From Mycobacterium tuberculosis H37Rv (GTDB lineage Bacteria; Actinomycetota; Actinomycetes; Mycobacteriales; Mycobacteriaceae): DNA of 32,000 bases. Positions 11,927 through 20,020 of the stretch are shown piece after piece. The stretch lies in NCBI RefSeq assembly GCF_000195955.2, contig NC_000962.3, forward strand, positions 1,260,001-1,292,000. The letters are read 5' to 3'. The notes under the pieces were generated by a model. It saw nothing but the letters and a program-made list of their open reading frames with translations. It was not told where the DNA came from and made no database searches. The translations under genes and the position numbers were made by a program. Position 1 is the stretch's first letter, and every line of letters begins with the position of its first letter.

Positions 11927-11943
11927 CCCCCGCGTTGCGGGGG
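11927..11943 (-). terminator. Intrinsic-type terminator hairpin, oriented for a minus-strand transcript
   Basis: Perfect 7-bp stem CCCCCGC-GTT-GCGGGGG. The minus strand continues with TCTTTCTTTTGG (U-rich tail); no U-run on the plus strand. Confidence 0.7.
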
Positions 11944-12035
11944 ACCGGAATCGGGAACAAGAACTTACCGACGAAACCATCGGCTGACGGCTGGTTCGGC
12001 CATGAGGAGCCGTGCAAGCATGCCCATGGTGTCGC

Positions 12036-12167
12036 TCAGCTCGCGGTGGGCAGCGGGTGCAAGTCTTCGAGCTGCTCGGAGGTGTCGCCCTCTACCAGCA
12101 TGTCGCCGTGGTAGAGAGCCTCGAAGTCAGCCTTGATGACGTCGGCACTCGAGTCGTCGATCCACAT
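12036..12167 (-). CDS. Candidate small acidic protein, 43 aa, no family recognised
   Basis: ATG at 12167: MWIDDSSADVIKADFEALYHGDMLVEGDTSEQLEDLHPLPTAS*. Nearly all third positions are G/C, and a U-tailed terminator lies ~100 bp downstream. Confidence 0.4.
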   Translation of the reverse strand: MWIDDSSADVIKADFEALYHGDMLVEGDTSEQLEDLHPLPTAS

Positions 12168-12422
12168 GACAGCGAGCCTAAAAGCCGCCATTAAGGAATT
12201 AGTGAGTCACGATTCGGAAAACAGTGGCAATTCCTACCGGTCGGTAGGGTGCTGCGCCGGCATGGTGGCCGGCATCGCGGGCATGCGGCAGGTGAACCAC
12301 TCGAGCGCCCGCATCCGTATCTATGGCAGGCGTTGTTTGACAGTTGTAACTTATCGCAGATAAGTCATCGCGGATTTGGTGCGGGTCCGCGCGACCAGCA
12401 CCGGCTGCGGAGGAAACGCAAC

Positions 12423-13334
12423 ATGCTGCAGAGGATCGCTCGGCTCGCCATCGCTGCGCCGCGCCGAATCATCGGGTTTGCGGTCTTCGTCTTCATCGCC
12501 GCAGCGGTCTTCGGTGTTCCGGTGGCTGACAGCCTGTCGCCCGGGGGTTTCCAAGATCCGCGATCGGAGTCGGCACGGGCAATCGAGGTGTTGACCGACA
12601 AGTTCGGCCAGAGCGGTCAGAAAATGCTGATCGTGGTTACGGCAGCCGCGGGCGCCGACAGCCCACCTGCCCGCGAGGTCGGGACTGACATCGTCGAGGT
12701 GCTGCGGCGGTCGCCGTTGGTTTACAACGTGACCTCGCCGTGGACTGTGCCACCGACTGCCGCCGCCGACCTGCTCAGCACCGACGGAAAATCGGGGTTG
12801 ATCGTCGTCAACGTCAAAGGCGGCGAAAACGACGCGCAGAACCACGCCCAAACCCTGTCAGACGAAGTCGCCCATGACCGCGACGGCGTCACCGTCCGTG
12901 CCGGCGGCTCGGCGATGGAGTACGCCCAGATCAATCGGCAGAACAAAGACGACCTGCTGGTGATGGAGTTGATCGCGATTCCGCTGAGCTTCCTGGTGCT
13001 GATCTGGGTGTTCGGTGGGCTGTTGGCCGCCGGGCTGCCGATGGCCCAGGCCGTACTGGCCGTTGTGGGATCGATGGCCGTATTGCGACTCGTTACGTTT
13101 GCCACCGAGGTGTCGACCTTCGCGCTCAACCTGAGTACAGCGTTGGGCCTCGCGTTGGCTATCGACTACACGCTGCTCATCGTCAGTCGCTATCGCGACG
13201 AGCTCGCCGAGGGCAGTGATCGAGACGAAGCACTGATCCGGACCATGGCGCTTCGGGGCGCACGGTGTTGTTTTCGGCGGTCACCGTGGCGCTGTCGATG
13301 TCGGCGACTGCGCTGTTCCCGATGTACTTTCTGA
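12423..13334 (+). CDS. mmpL13a: MmpL-family RND transporter, N-terminal part, 303 aa (frameshift-split gene)
   Basis: MLQRIARLAIAAPRRIIGFAVFVFIAAAVFG...NLSTALGLALAIDYTLLIVSRYRDE, then the frame changes after ..ALIRTMA. Confidence 0.92.
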   Translation: MLQRIARLAIAAPRRIIGFAVFVFIAAAVFGVPVADSLSPGGFQDPRSESARAIEVLTDKFGQSGQKMLIVVTAAAGADSPPAREVGTDIVEVLRRSPLVYNVTSPWTVPPTAAADLLSTDGKSGLIVVNVKGGENDAQNHAQTLSDEVAHDRDGVTVRAGGSAMEYAQINRQNKDDLLVMELIAIPLSFLVLIWVFGGLLAAGLPMAQAVLAVVGSMAVLRLVTFATEVSTFALNLSTALGLALAIDYTLLIVSRYRDELAEGSDRDEALIRTMALRGARCCFRRSPWRCRCRRLRCSRCTF

Positions 13335-14767
13335 AGTCGTTCGCCTACGCCGGCGTGGCTACCGTGGCATTCGTCGCGACCGCGTCGATCGTGATCACCC
13401 CGGCCGCGATTGTGTTGCTAGGTCCTCGGCTAGATGCGTTGGACGTGCGCCGACTGGTGCGTCGGCTGCTGGGCCGGCCCGATCCGGTGCACAAACCGGT
13501 CAAGCAACTGTTCTGGTACCGGTCGAGCAAGTTCGTGATGCGCCGTTGGCTGCCGGTCGGTACGGCTGTTGTCGCGCTGCTGGTGCTGCTCGGGCTGCCG
13601 TTCTTGTCGGTGAAGTGGGGTTTCCCGGACGACCGGGTGTTGCCGCGGTCGGCGTCGGCCCGTCAAGTCGGCGATATCTTGCGCGATGACTTTGGCCACG
13701 ATCCTGCGACGCAGATACCCATCGTCGTCCCGGACGCTCGTGGTCTCGGCCCGGTCGAACTTGACAGCTACGCAGCCGAGTTGTCCCGGGTGCCCGACGT
13801 ATCCGCGGTAGCCGCCCCGACGGGCACGTTCGTAGACGGCAGCTGGGTGGGAACGCCGCGCGGGGCCACCGGGTTGGCTGAGGGCAGCGCGTTCCTGACG
13901 GTGAGCAGCACGGCGCCGCTGTTTTCGCGAGCCTCCGATATCCAGCTCAAGCGGTTGCACCAGGTGGCAGGGCCGGCCGGTCGATCCGTCGTGATGGCCG
14001 GTGTCGCGCAGGTCAACCGCGACAGTGTCGACGCGGTGACCGATCGGCTTCCGATGGTGCTAGGGCTAATTGCCGCGATCACCTACGTACTGTTGTTCCT
14101 GCTCACCGGCAGCGTGGTGCTGCCGGCGAAAGCGTTGGTTTGTAATGTGTTATCGCTGACCGCGGCGTTTGGCGCGTTGGTGTGGATCTTCCAGGAAGGC
14201 CATTTCGGTGCCCTGGGAACGACTCCGAGCGGGACGTTGGTGGCGAATATGCCGGTCCTACTGTTTTGCATCGCATTCGGTTTGTCCATGGACTACGAGG
14301 TGTTTCTGGTCTCCAGGATTCGGGAGTACTGGTTGGAATCCGGAGCCGCGCGACCCGCGCGAAGAAGCGTCGCAGAGGTGCACGCCGCCAACGACGAGAG
14401 CGTCGCGCTCGGCGTGGCCCGCACCGGTCGGGTGATCACCGCGGCAGCGTTGGTGATGTCCATGTCGTTCGCCGCGTTGATCGCTGCGCACGTGTCGTTC
14501 ATGCGGATGTTCGGCCTCGGCCTGACTTTAGCCGTGGCTGCAGACGCCACACTGGTGCGGATGGTCGTGGTCCCAGCATTCATGCATGTGACGGGCCGCT
14601 GGAATTGGTGGGCACCGAGACCCCTGGCGTGGCTGCATGAGCGGTTCGGTGTCAGCGAGGCAGCAGAGCCGGTTTCGAGGAGACGTTCCCACGCCGGTGG
14701 GTTGGGCAAGATTGCCGGACGAAGCGACGGTCAGACGATCCCTGCCTCGCTGACGCGCAATGGTTGA
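13265..14767 (+). CDS. mmpL13b: MmpL-family RND transporter, C-terminal part; start uncertain (fragment of the same ancestral gene)
   Basis: Frame reads ..ASGRTVLFSAVTVALSMSATALFPMYFLKSFAYAG and later FGLSMDYEVFLVSRIREYWLESG. Continues MmpL13a in a different frame. Confidence 0.92.
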   Translation: MLFSAVTVALSMSATALFPMYFLKSFAYAGVATVAFVATASIVITPAAIVLLGPRLDALDVRRLVRRLLGRPDPVHKPVKQLFWYRSSKFVMRRWLPVGTAVVALLVLLGLPFLSVKWGFPDDRVLPRSASARQVGDILRDDFGHDPATQIPIVVPDARGLGPVELDSYAAELSRVPDVSAVAAPTGTFVDGSWVGTPRGATGLAEGSAFLTVSSTAPLFSRASDIQLKRLHQVAGPAGRSVVMAGVAQVNRDSVDAVTDRLPMVLGLIAAITYVLLFLLTGSVVLPAKALVCNVLSLTAAFGALVWIFQEGHFGALGTTPSGTLVANMPVLLFCIAFGLSMDYEVFLVSRIREYWLESGAARPARRSVAEVHAANDESVALGVARTGRVITAAALVMSMSFAALIAAHVSFMRMFGLGLTLAVAADATLVRMVVVPAFMHVTGRWNWWAPRPLAWLHERFGVSEAAEPVSRRRSHAGGLGKIAGRSDGQTIPASLTRNG

Positions 14768-14899
14768 CGTCTCGATGAATGGTCTTCGCCGGCAACGTGC
14801 CCGGCGGGGCCCCAACGCCACATTACGGCAGCTGGCGGACTGGGTGCAGGCACGTCGCCCATCGGAGAAACGACGAGGACCATCGGAGGAATCCTGGCC

Positions 14900-15550
14900 A
14901 TGACGTCAGGCGCGGCCGCTTCGGCGTCCAGGGTCGACCACCCGCTTTTCGCCCGGATCTGGCCCGTGGTCGCCGCACACGAAGCCGAAGCAATACGAGC
15001 CCTCCGCCGGGAGAATCTGGCCGGTTTGTCGGGGCGGGTGTTGGAAGTCGGGGCCGGCGTCGGGACGAACTTTGCCTACTACCCGGTGGCCGTCGAACAG
15101 GTCATCGCCATGGAGCCCGAGCCGCGGCTTGCTGCCAAGGCCCGCATCGCGGCCGCTGACGCACCCGTTCCGATAGTCGTGACGGACAAGACGGTCGAGG
15201 AGTTCCGCGACACCGAGACGTTTGACGCGGTGGTTTGCTCGCTGGTGCTGTGCTCGGTGAGCGACCCGGGCGCGGTGCTGGCGCACCTGCGTTCGCTACT
15301 ACGGCGAGGCGGGGAGCTGCGCTATCTCGAGCATGTGGCCAGCGCCGGCGCTCGGGGCCGGGTGCAGCGGTTCGTCGACGCGACATTTTGGCCCAGGCTG
15401 GCGGGCAACTGTCACACGCATCGCCATACCGAACGCGCGATCCTCGACGCCGGATTCGTGGTGGACAGCTCCCGGCGGGAGTGGGCATTTCCCGCCTGGG
15501 TGCCGCTACCGGTGTCAGAGTTGGCTCTGGGCCGCGCGCACCGGACCTAG
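14900..15550 (+). CDS. SAM-dependent methyltransferase, class I, 216 aa
   Basis: GRVLEVGAGVGTNFAYYP (motif I) and VCSLVLCSVSDP..LAHLRSLLRRGGELRYLEHV. Confidence 0.88.
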   Translation: MTSGAAASASRVDHPLFARIWPVVAAHEAEAIRALRRENLAGLSGRVLEVGAGVGTNFAYYPVAVEQVIAMEPEPRLAAKARIAAADAPVPIVVTDKTVEEFRDTETFDAVVCSLVLCSVSDPGAVLAHLRSLLRRGGELRYLEHVASAGARGRVQRFVDATFWPRLAGNCHTHRHTERAILDAGFVVDSSRREWAFPAWVPLPVSELALGRAHRT

Positions 15551-15641
15551 CTATAGCTAGTACTGCAGCCGTAGATAGGGATTGCTGATGCTGGCGTGTC
15601 TGCGCTGGTCAGGGCGGTGACCGCGGCATTGTTTTCAGTTT

Positions 15642-15978
15642 GTGACAACTTCTCAATATGCCGCGGTCGCCGCGGCTCATAGCGTAGACCCTGATCGGTG
15701 GCAGGCGGAGTTCTCGGCGGTGCTGGATCGGATCGCGCCGCGTTTCGCCCGGCACCAGCCGTTGCGCCATGCCGGTGAACTCATGGCCGGGATGGTTTCG
15801 GGCTTGGACCGCAAGAATTGCTGGACCATCGCCGAGCACCGCGGTGATACCACCCCGATGGGTTGCAGCATCTGTTGGCACGGGCCAGCTGGGACGCCGA
15901 CGATGTCCGTGACGATCTGCGTGACTATCGCCATTGATCGATGGCGAAGGACCAGGTCACCAGTATATCGATGATTTG
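15642..15978 (+). pseudogene. IS701-family-like transposase N-terminal remnant, frameshifted
   Basis: MTTSQYAAVAAAHSVDPDRWQAEFSAVLDRIAPRFARHQPLRHAGELMAGMVSGLDRKNCWTIAEHRGDTTPMG, then in another frame LQHLLARASWDADDVRDDLRDYRH*. Order and motifs are those of IS701-type transposases. Confidence 0.65.
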
Positions 15979-16299
15979 AATAGTCCAGCGCCGACATTGA
16001 TGATATCTGTTGACGAATACGCTTGATTTACGATGTTCGGCCGCGGGCAGCGCGCTCCACCAGACCGAGCACAGCGAGGACGCGACGGCCGTCAGCGGCG
16101 TGCTGTGCCTCAACAGCGCCGACCAATAGCGAAGAAATCAAGTCCGTGCTCACCCGTGACCAGGGTGTCATGTTCGTCGACGGGTAGAAGCTTGTCGCCG
16201 CGGCGATCGGCTGCTCTGGTGCCGGCTGTGCCGACGGGTCGGTCCGCATCTGCTTCAGTGATTCTGTGATGCGACCGGCAACGTCTTCGTTGTTGGGTG

Positions 16300-17799
16300 T
16301 CAATGTGGTTCGTCGTCGTCTTGTTCGCACAGGATTTTCGCGGGGTGGTGGTATCGATTTATTCGCGGTTGGCCGTGGTCGAGGTGTGGTGGTGGTAGCC
16401 ATTCGGTGTCGCCGTGGGCGTTTTTGCGGGTCTTCCAGCCTTTTTCGACAAGGCGATTGTCGGGGCCGCAGGCCAGCGTGAGGTCGTTGATGTCGGTACG
16501 GTGGGTGGTTGTCCACGGCGTTACGTGGTGGACCTCACTGTGGTAGGCCGGGGCGTCGCAACCCGGCCTGGAGCAGCCACGATCCTTCGCGTACAACATG
16601 ATTCGCTGCGCCGGGGAAGCTAACCGCTTGGTGTGATACAACGCCAACGGCTTAGCGCCGTCAAACAATGCCAGATAGTGGTTGGCGTGGCTCGCCATCC
16701 GGATAAGGTCCGACATCGGCACCCGCGAACCACCACCGGTTACCCCCTTGCCGGTGGCGGCTTCCAGCTCCTTTAGCGTGGTGCTCACCACGATCGTTAC
16801 CGGCAGCCCCTTGTGTTGGCCCAGCTCACCGGAGGCCAACAGGCCCCGCAGCGCGGCCAAAAACGCATCATGATTGCGTTGCGCCTGGCTGCGGGTGTCG
16901 CGGCGCACCGCGTCCGCATCCGGTGTGTCATCCACGAGCGGGGTCTGGTCATCGGGGTTGCACGCCCCCGGTGCGGCCAGTTTGGCCAACACCGCCTCGA
17001 TGGTGGCCCGCAACTCCGGGGTCAGCAGACCGCTGATACGTGACATCCCGTCAAATTCCTGCTTACCCATCGTGATGCCGCGCTTGCGGGCACGCTCCTG
17101 GTCGGAAAAGTTGCCGTCGGGGTGCAGCCAGTCCATCAGCTGCGTGGCCAGGCCATGCAGGTGATCGGGACGCCGACTGGTGGCCAGTTCGGCCAGCTGG
17201 GCCTCGGCGGCCTCGCGGATACCCAGATCCACCGCGGCGGACAACTCCTTGAAGAAGGCCTGGATCTCCTTAATGTGTTCTCGGCCGATCTTGCCCTCAC
17301 GTTGAGCGGCCGCGGTCGCGGTCAACTGCGCTGGCAGCGGTTCACCGGTCAGGGCGCGGCGCTCACCGAGGTCTTCGGCTTCGGCGATGCGGCGGCTGGC
17401 CTCACCGGGAGTGATGTGTAGCCGGTTGGCCAACGCCGTGCGCAGCGTCCCGCCGAGCTCTTCCTCGCAGGCTTGCCCAGCGAGTTGGTTGATCAAGGCG
17501 TGCTCGGCGGCGCCCTGGCGGCGCCGTTCGACCTCGAGTCGCTGCAAACAGGCCAGCAATTCCGGGGTGGTCAACGCATCGCACTTGAGATCGAGCACCC
17601 GCGACAACGAGGCGTGGTAGGCATCCAACGCCGCGGAGATCTCCTCGCGCGTGTCCGACCTCATGCCTCGGATTCTACGAAGCACCACTGACAAGAACCG
17701 GGCCGTCATAGGCTCGGAATGATCAGTGAGGCAGAACGTTTCGCTCACAGCGAAAACAGCCGCGCCATAGCGACTGCCGCCACCAAATGCCGCGTGCAC
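16300..17799 (-). CDS. 13E12 repeat family protein (DUF222 plus HNH endonuclease domain), up to 499 aa
   Basis: [26 protein letters not shown]..., C-terminal [57 protein letters not shown] (HNH). True start may be internal. Confidence 0.92.
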   Translation of the reverse strand: MHAAFGGGSRYGAAVFAVSETFCLTDHSEPMTARFLSVVLRRIRGMRSDTREEISAALDAYHASLSRVLDLKCDALTTPELLACLQRLEVERRRQGAAEHALINQLAGQACEEELGGTLRTALANRLHITPGEASRRIAEAEDLGERRALTGEPLPAQLTATAAAQREGKIGREHIKEIQAFFKELSAAVDLGIREAAEAQLAELATSRRPDHLHGLATQLMDWLHPDGNFSDQERARKRGITMGKQEFDGMSRISGLLTPELRATIEAVLAKLAAPGACNPDDQTPLVDDTPDADAVRRDTRSQAQRNHDAFLAALRGLLASGELGQHKGLPVTIVVSTTLKELEAATGKGVTGGGSRVPMSDLIRMASHANHYLALFDGAKPLALYHTKRLASPAQRIMLYAKDRGCSRPGCDAPAYHSEVHHVTPWTTTHRTDINDLTLACGPDNRLVEKGWKTRKNAHGDTEWLPPPHLDHGQPRINRYHHPAKILCEQDDDEPH

Positions 17800-17845
17800 G
17801 CAGACACGCCAGCGTCAGCAATCCCTATCCACGGCTGCAGTACTA

Positions 17846-18817
17846 GGGCGTGTCTCCCAAATTTTTAGGTACTGGCCAGCGAGGATTGGCCGGTGACGCG
17901 AGTGGGTGTGATTTCGGACGAGTTCTGGGCCGTGGTCGAGCCGTTGATGCCGTCGCATGAGGGCAAGCCCGGCAGACGGTTTAGCGATCACCGGCTTATC
18001 CTGGAAGGGATCGCGTGGCGGTTCCGTACGGGAAGTCCGTGGCGGGACCTGCCCGCTGAGTTCGGGCCGTGGCAAACGGTGTGGAAGCGCCATCACCGTT
18101 GGTCGCTGGATGGTACCTGCGACGAGGTGTTCGCCCACGTTGCCGCGGTGTTCGGGGTGGACGCTGAGGTGGCCGAGGATATCGAGAAGCTGCTGTCGGT
18201 GGATTCCACGAACGTGCGGGCACACCAGCATTCGGCGGGCGCCTGCTCGGACACGCTCGCCACAGGGGGCACTGTCGGATTACAAGAAATCCGCCGATGA
18301 ACCCGACGATCATGCGATCGGCCGCTCGCGCGGCGGGCTGACCACCAAGATCCATGCCCTGACCGATCAGCGCGAAGCCCCGGTGCGGATCCGGTTGACC
18401 GCAGGCCAGGCCGGCGACAACCCGCAACTGCTGCCCCTGCTCGACGACTATCGCCATGCCAGCACCGAATACGCCCTGGGCAGCACGGATTTCCGCTTAC
18501 TCGCCGACAAGGCCTACTCACACCCAAGTACCCGTGCCGCATTACGGTCTAAGAAGATCAAGCACACCATCCCCGAACGCCAAGATCAGATCGACCGGCG
18601 CAAGGCCAAGGGGTCTGCCGGCGGGCGGCCACCAGCATTCGACGCCGCGCTCTACGGGCTACGCAACACCGTCGAACGCGGCTTCCATCGACTCAAGCAG
18701 TGGCGCGGCATCGCAACCCGCTACGACAAATACGCCCTGACCTACCTCGGCGGCGTCCTGCTGGCCTGCGCCGTCATCCACGCCCGAGTGGGAACTCCGA
18801 AATTGGGAGACACGCCC
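17846..18817 (+). mobile_element. IS5-family (IS427 group-like) insertion sequence, ~0.97 kb
   Basis: Terminal inverted repeats GGGCGTGTCTCCCAAATTTTTAGG (17846) and, reverse-complemented from 18817, GGGCGTGTCTCCCAATTTCGG. Flanked by TA (or by CTAG if the outer base pair is counted in the duplication). Encodes a two-ORF DDE transposase. Confidence 0.88.
17893..18300 (+). CDS. IS5-family transposase, ORF A, 135 aa
   Basis: MTRVGVISDEFWAVVEPLMPSHEGKPGRRFSDHRLILEGIAWRFRTGSPWRDLPAEFGPWQTVWKRHHRW...DSTNVRAHQHSAGA. Confidence 0.9.
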   Translation: MTRVGVISDEFWAVVEPLMPSHEGKPGRRFSDHRLILEGIAWRFRTGSPWRDLPAEFGPWQTVWKRHHRWSLDGTCDEVFAHVAAVFGVDAEVAEDIEKLLSVDSTNVRAHQHSAGACSDTLATGGTVGLQEIRR

Positions 18818-18820
18818 TAG
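18242..18820 (+). CDS. IS5-family transposase, ORF B; expressed by frameshift or decayed; 5' boundary approximate
   Basis: Frame +2 open region reads GALSDYKKSADEPDDHAIGRSRGGLTTKIHALTDQ...LADKAYSHPSTRAAL...YGLRNTVERGFHRLKQWRGIATRYDK (DDE C-terminal motifs). Stop TAG at 18818-18820. Confidence 0.88.
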   Translation, partial: PARTRSPQGALSDYKKSADEPDDHAIGRSRGGLTTKIHALTDQREAPVRIRLTAGQAGDNPQLLPLLDDYRHASTEYALGSTDFRLLADKAYSHPSTRAALRSKKIKHTIPERQDQIDRRKAKGSAGGRPPAFDAALYGLRNTVERGFHRLKQWRGIATRYDKYALTYLGGVLLACAVIHARVGTPKLGDTP

Positions 18821-18903
18821 CCGAGACCGGCGAGCGTGCATCCAGGGCGAGATTCCGCCCGGCAAACCGTCGCCCTGAGTTCACGTTCGGCGCCCATAGG
18901 CGA

Positions 18904-19617
18904 CTATTTCAGCAGGGCGGGCAGGCGCTCCAACAGCCCCGGCAACGCTTGGCTGGCCGACTCGCGGATGCTGATCGTCGCGCTGCCGGACAACGGCGTG
19001 GGCTCGGGATTGACTTCGATCACGGCAGTGCCGCGCGCCAGCGCCAGGTCGGGTAAACCGGCCGCCGGGTAGACGATCGCCGAGGTCCCCACCACGACCA
19101 TCACGTCGGCGCTCCCTGTCGCCTCGACCGCGCTCCGCCACGGCTCCTCTGGCAGCGGCTCACCGAACCATACGATGTCGGGCCGGATCAGACCGCCGCA
19201 GTCGCAGACCGGCGGCTCCACTTCGATCGCAGGCTCGGGCATCTCCGGAAGGGCGTCGGTGTAGGGCACACCACAACGTGCACAACGAAATTCGAAAAGG
19301 CTGCCGTGCAGGTGATGCACCGCACCGCTGCCGGCGCGCTCGTGCAGATCGTCGACATTCTGGGTGATGACGCTGACCTCAGCATGGTCCTGCCAGGCGG
19401 CGATCGCGCGATGCCCGTCGTTGGGTTCGACGTTGGCCACCAGATAATGGCGCCATAGGTACCATCCCCAGACCCGCTCGGGGTTGCGCAGCCAGCCTTG
19501 CGTGCTGGACAGCTCGTAAGGGTCGAATCGGGCCCACAATCCGTTCTTGTCATCGCGGAACGTCGGTACACCGCTTTCCGCGGAGATCCCCGCGCCGCTG
19601 AGCACCGCCACTCGCAT
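18904..19617 (-). CDS. cobB: Sir2-family NAD-dependent protein deacylase (sirtuin, CobB type), 237 aa
   Basis: [66 protein letters not shown]: canonical sirtuin motifs with the zinc site. Confidence 0.95.
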   Translation of the reverse strand: MRVAVLSGAGISAESGVPTFRDDKNGLWARFDPYELSSTQGWLRNPERVWGWYLWRHYLVANVEPNDGHRAIAAWQDHAEVSVITQNVDDLHERAGSGAVHHLHGSLFEFRCARCGVPYTDALPEMPEPAIEVEPPVCDCGGLIRPDIVWFGEPLPEEPWRSAVEATGSADVMVVVGTSAIVYPAAGLPDLALARGTAVIEVNPEPTPLSGSATISIRESASQALPGLLERLPALLK

Positions 19618-19654
19618 CCCACAAACATAGCTGTGCTTGGTAGATACTGGGTAC

Positions 19655-20020
19655 GTGGAGCTGCGGGATTGGTTACGGGTCGACGTGAAGGCGGGAAAGC
19701 CGTTGTTCGACCAGCTCAGAACCCAGGTGATCGACGGAGTCCGCGCCGGCGCATTGCCGCCCGGCACCCGGCTCCCGACGGTGCGTGACTTGGCCGGGCA
19801 GCTGGGCGTGGCGGCCAATACCGTGGCCCGCGCCTACCGCGAGTTGGAATCGGCGGCGATCGTCGAAACGCGGGGACGCTTCGGCACTTTCATTTCCCGC
19901 TTCGATCCGACCGACGCCGCGATGGCTGCCGCGGCCAAGGAATATGTCGGCGTGGCGCGAGCGCTGGGGCTGACGAAGTCCGATGCGATGCGCTATCTCA
20001 CCCACGTGCCGGACGACTGA
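19655..20020 (+). CDS. GntR-family transcriptional regulator, YtrA-like short form, 121 aa
   Basis: [65 protein letters not shown]: GntR wHTH. Confidence 0.93.
   Translation: MELRDWLRVDVKAGKPLFDQLRTQVIDGVRAGALPPGTRLPTVRDLAGQLGVAANTVARAYRELESAAIVETRGRFGTFISRFDPTDAAMAAAAKEYVGVARALGLTKSDAMRYLTHVPDD

Larger units (their letters stand above)
15557..17846. mobile_element. REP13E12-type repeat segment bounded by 48-bp imperfect inverted repeats
   Basis: 15557-15604 (CTAGTACTGCAGCCGTAGATAGGGATTGCTGATGCTGGCGTGTCTGCG) and the reverse complement of 17799-17846 (CTAGTACTGCAGCCGTGGATAGGGATTGCTGACGCTGGCGTGTCTGCG) match at 46/48 positions. They enclose a 13E12 ORF and a transposase remnant. Confidence 0.8.

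Noticed and set aside
14800-15159. 126-aa plus-strand ORF overlapping the methyltransferase start
   Set aside because: Different frame from the clear methyltransferase ORF (14900..15550), no domain, and Arg/Gly-rich composition.
16028-16516. 162-aa minus-strand ORF between the transposase remnant and the 13E12 gene
   Set aside because: Pro/Arg/Thr-rich with no clear family and overlaps the 13E12 3' end. A segment (LLVGAVEAQHAADGRRVLAVLGLVERAARG) looks protein-like but is too weak to call.
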